DNA from: Bacteroidales bacterium | GTDB lineage: Bacteria; Bacteroidota; Bacteroidia; Bacteroidales; Muribaculaceae | Direction of reading: 5' to 3' | Assembly: GCA_019420545.1 (NCBI GenBank) | Contig: JAHZGZ010000163.1 | Span: 1-36,890 of the forward strand | DNA: 36,890 nucleotides | Part shown: positions 35,972 through 36,890 of the stretch, one piece after another | Numbering within the stretch: position 1 is the stretch's first letter | How the letters are laid out: every line of letters begins with the position of its first letter | Notes under the pieces: model-generated | Database searches by the model: none | What the model saw: only the letters and a program-made list of their open reading frames with translations | Told to the model about the DNA's origin: nothing | Program-made: the position numbers and the translations under genes

Positions 35972-35993
35972 GAGACGCGGTTTCCAACCGCGT
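35959..35993 (+). repeat. 35-bp direct repeat, copy 2; contains the stop codon of the pfkB-like gene
   Basis: Identical to 35119-35153 at an 840-bp offset; the TAG at 35969-35971 lies inside it. Confidence 0.9.
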
Positions 35994-36047
35994 TAAAGCC
36001 GCGTAGCCAAAAGCCGCGCGAGAAAAGTTTCAAAAAAGCAATCATAT

Positions 36048-36536
36048 ATGTCAACCGCATTATCAACCGGCGCCCCCACAGGTGCCCTACCCGCAATCAG
36101 CCCCAACGCCAAAGTGGCCATCGTAGCCGCACGCTGGAACAGCCATATTACCGGAGCGCTCGCGCGGGGAGCCGCAGAGCTTCTCGACCGTCAGGGCGTC
36201 GCCCATGAGCAGTTTGAAGTACCGGGCACTGTCGAGCTCACCTACGCCGCAGCGCGCCTACAGCCCCTTTTCGACGCCGTGATCATCATCGGCTGCGTAA
36301 TACGTGGCGACACACCCCACTTCGACTACGTATGCCAGAGCGTCACCGAAGGAATGACCCAGCTTAACCTCAACGCAGAGTGCCCCGTGATATTCGGCGT
36401 GCTCACCGTCAACGACGAGCAGCAGGCCCTCGACCGCGCCGGAGGTTCTCTCGGCAACAAAGGCACCGAAGCAGCCGAAGCAGCCATCAACATGATAGCT
36501 TTCGCCGAAGCCACAGCCCTCACCACCGAAGCATAA
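36048..36536 (+). CDS. ribH: 6,7-dimethyl-8-ribityllumazine synthase
   Basis: IVAARWNSHIT, VPGTVEL, GCVIRGDTPHFDYV, PVIFGVLT and QALDRAGG..GNKG.EAA. Confidence 0.96.
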   Translation: MSTALSTGAPTGALPAISPNAKVAIVAARWNSHITGALARGAAELLDRQGVAHEQFEVPGTVELTYAAARLQPLFDAVIIIGCVIRGDTPHFDYVCQSVTEGMTQLNLNAECPVIFGVLTVNDEQQALDRAGGSLGNKGTEAAEAAINMIAFAEATALTTEA

Positions 36537-36618
36537 GCCCCGAAAGCCGCCCGCTCCCGTTTGAGCTGCCCGCTCCCGTATTTGAGCCGTGCGAGCGCGT
36601 CAGCGCGAGTAAAACAAG

Positions 36619-36708
36619 AATGTAGGGACGCGGCGTGCCGCGTTACATCATGATAATCAGGTTCGTACAACTTGCATGATGTAACGCGGCACGCCGCGTC
36701 CCTACATT
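36619..36708. repeat. REPIN-like element: 34-bp perfect inverted repeat made of GTAG-type REP palindromes
   Basis: AATGTAGGGACGCGGCGTGCCGCGTTACATCATG (36619-36652) and its exact reverse complement (36675-36708), separated by 22 nt. Confidence 0.85.
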
Positions 36709-36728
36709 TTTTGCATCTTGCAACACCA

Positions 36729-36890
36729 CTATTTTTTGTTCCTTTCTGTCTGCCGGTGCAGTACCGCGATCTGCTGCGGCGTAAGTTCCGCAGGCAGATG
36801 TGCGACGAAGGCGTCCAGGCGCGCCTCCAGTTCCTCGTCGCTGAGACGGCAGCCCACTTCGGCCATAGCGTCATCAACCCTACCGTTCCC
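36729..36890 (-). CDS. Partial CDS (3' end only), function unknown
   Basis: Open frame from the window edge: GNGRVDDAMAEVGCRLSDEELEARLDAFVAHLPAELTPQQIAVLHRQTERNKK-stop, ending just before the inverted repeat. Confidence 0.55.
   Translation of the reverse strand, partial: GNGRVDDAMAEVGCRLSDEELEARLDAFVAHLPAELTPQQIAVLHRQTERNKK

Noticed and set aside
35119..35993. 35-bp repeats as a CRISPR array
   Set aside because: There are only two copies, 840 bp apart with a gene between them, and no cas genes.
36326..36877. 183-aa minus-strand ORF across ribH and the inverted repeat
   Set aside because: It runs through a non-coding palindrome and antisense to ribH. A different frame ending at 36729 is the more plausible gene end.

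Overview
This is a chromosomal window from a Bacteroidales bacterium, probably Muribaculaceae. That assignment is inferred from TAnnTTTG promoters, the lack of Shine-Dalgarno sequences, a T9SS-type C-terminal domain and GC-rich coding with AT-rich spacers. From left to right the window holds a minus-strand surface cluster (partial SGNH esterase, a 1285-aa cleaved-adhesin/T9SS protein with a duplicated N-terminal domain, a DUF5723-like barrel and a lipoprotein), then namZ-WYL-DeoR/AgaR, prmC-recX-comF and rpsA. Next come an AT-rich two-gene island (GT61-like glycosyltransferase plus LTA-synthase-like transferase), a CxxC-less thioredoxin-fold gene flanked by structured non-coding regions, OPT and MATE transporters and ppiD. 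The right end carries a coiled-coil/MgtC/CPA2/EamA cluster, rplM-rpsI-rpsB-tsf and kdsD-pfkB-like-ribH with REP-like repeats. I found no CRISPR array, rRNA, tRNA, integrase or transposase. Most of the window is core genome. The best leads are the AT-rich glycan-modification cassette, the candidate RNA elements around the redox-dead thioredoxin gene, the identical 35-bp repeats bracketing a degenerate PfkB kinase, the namZ-WYL pairing and the duplicated adhesin domain. All family calls rest on motif recognition, not database searches.
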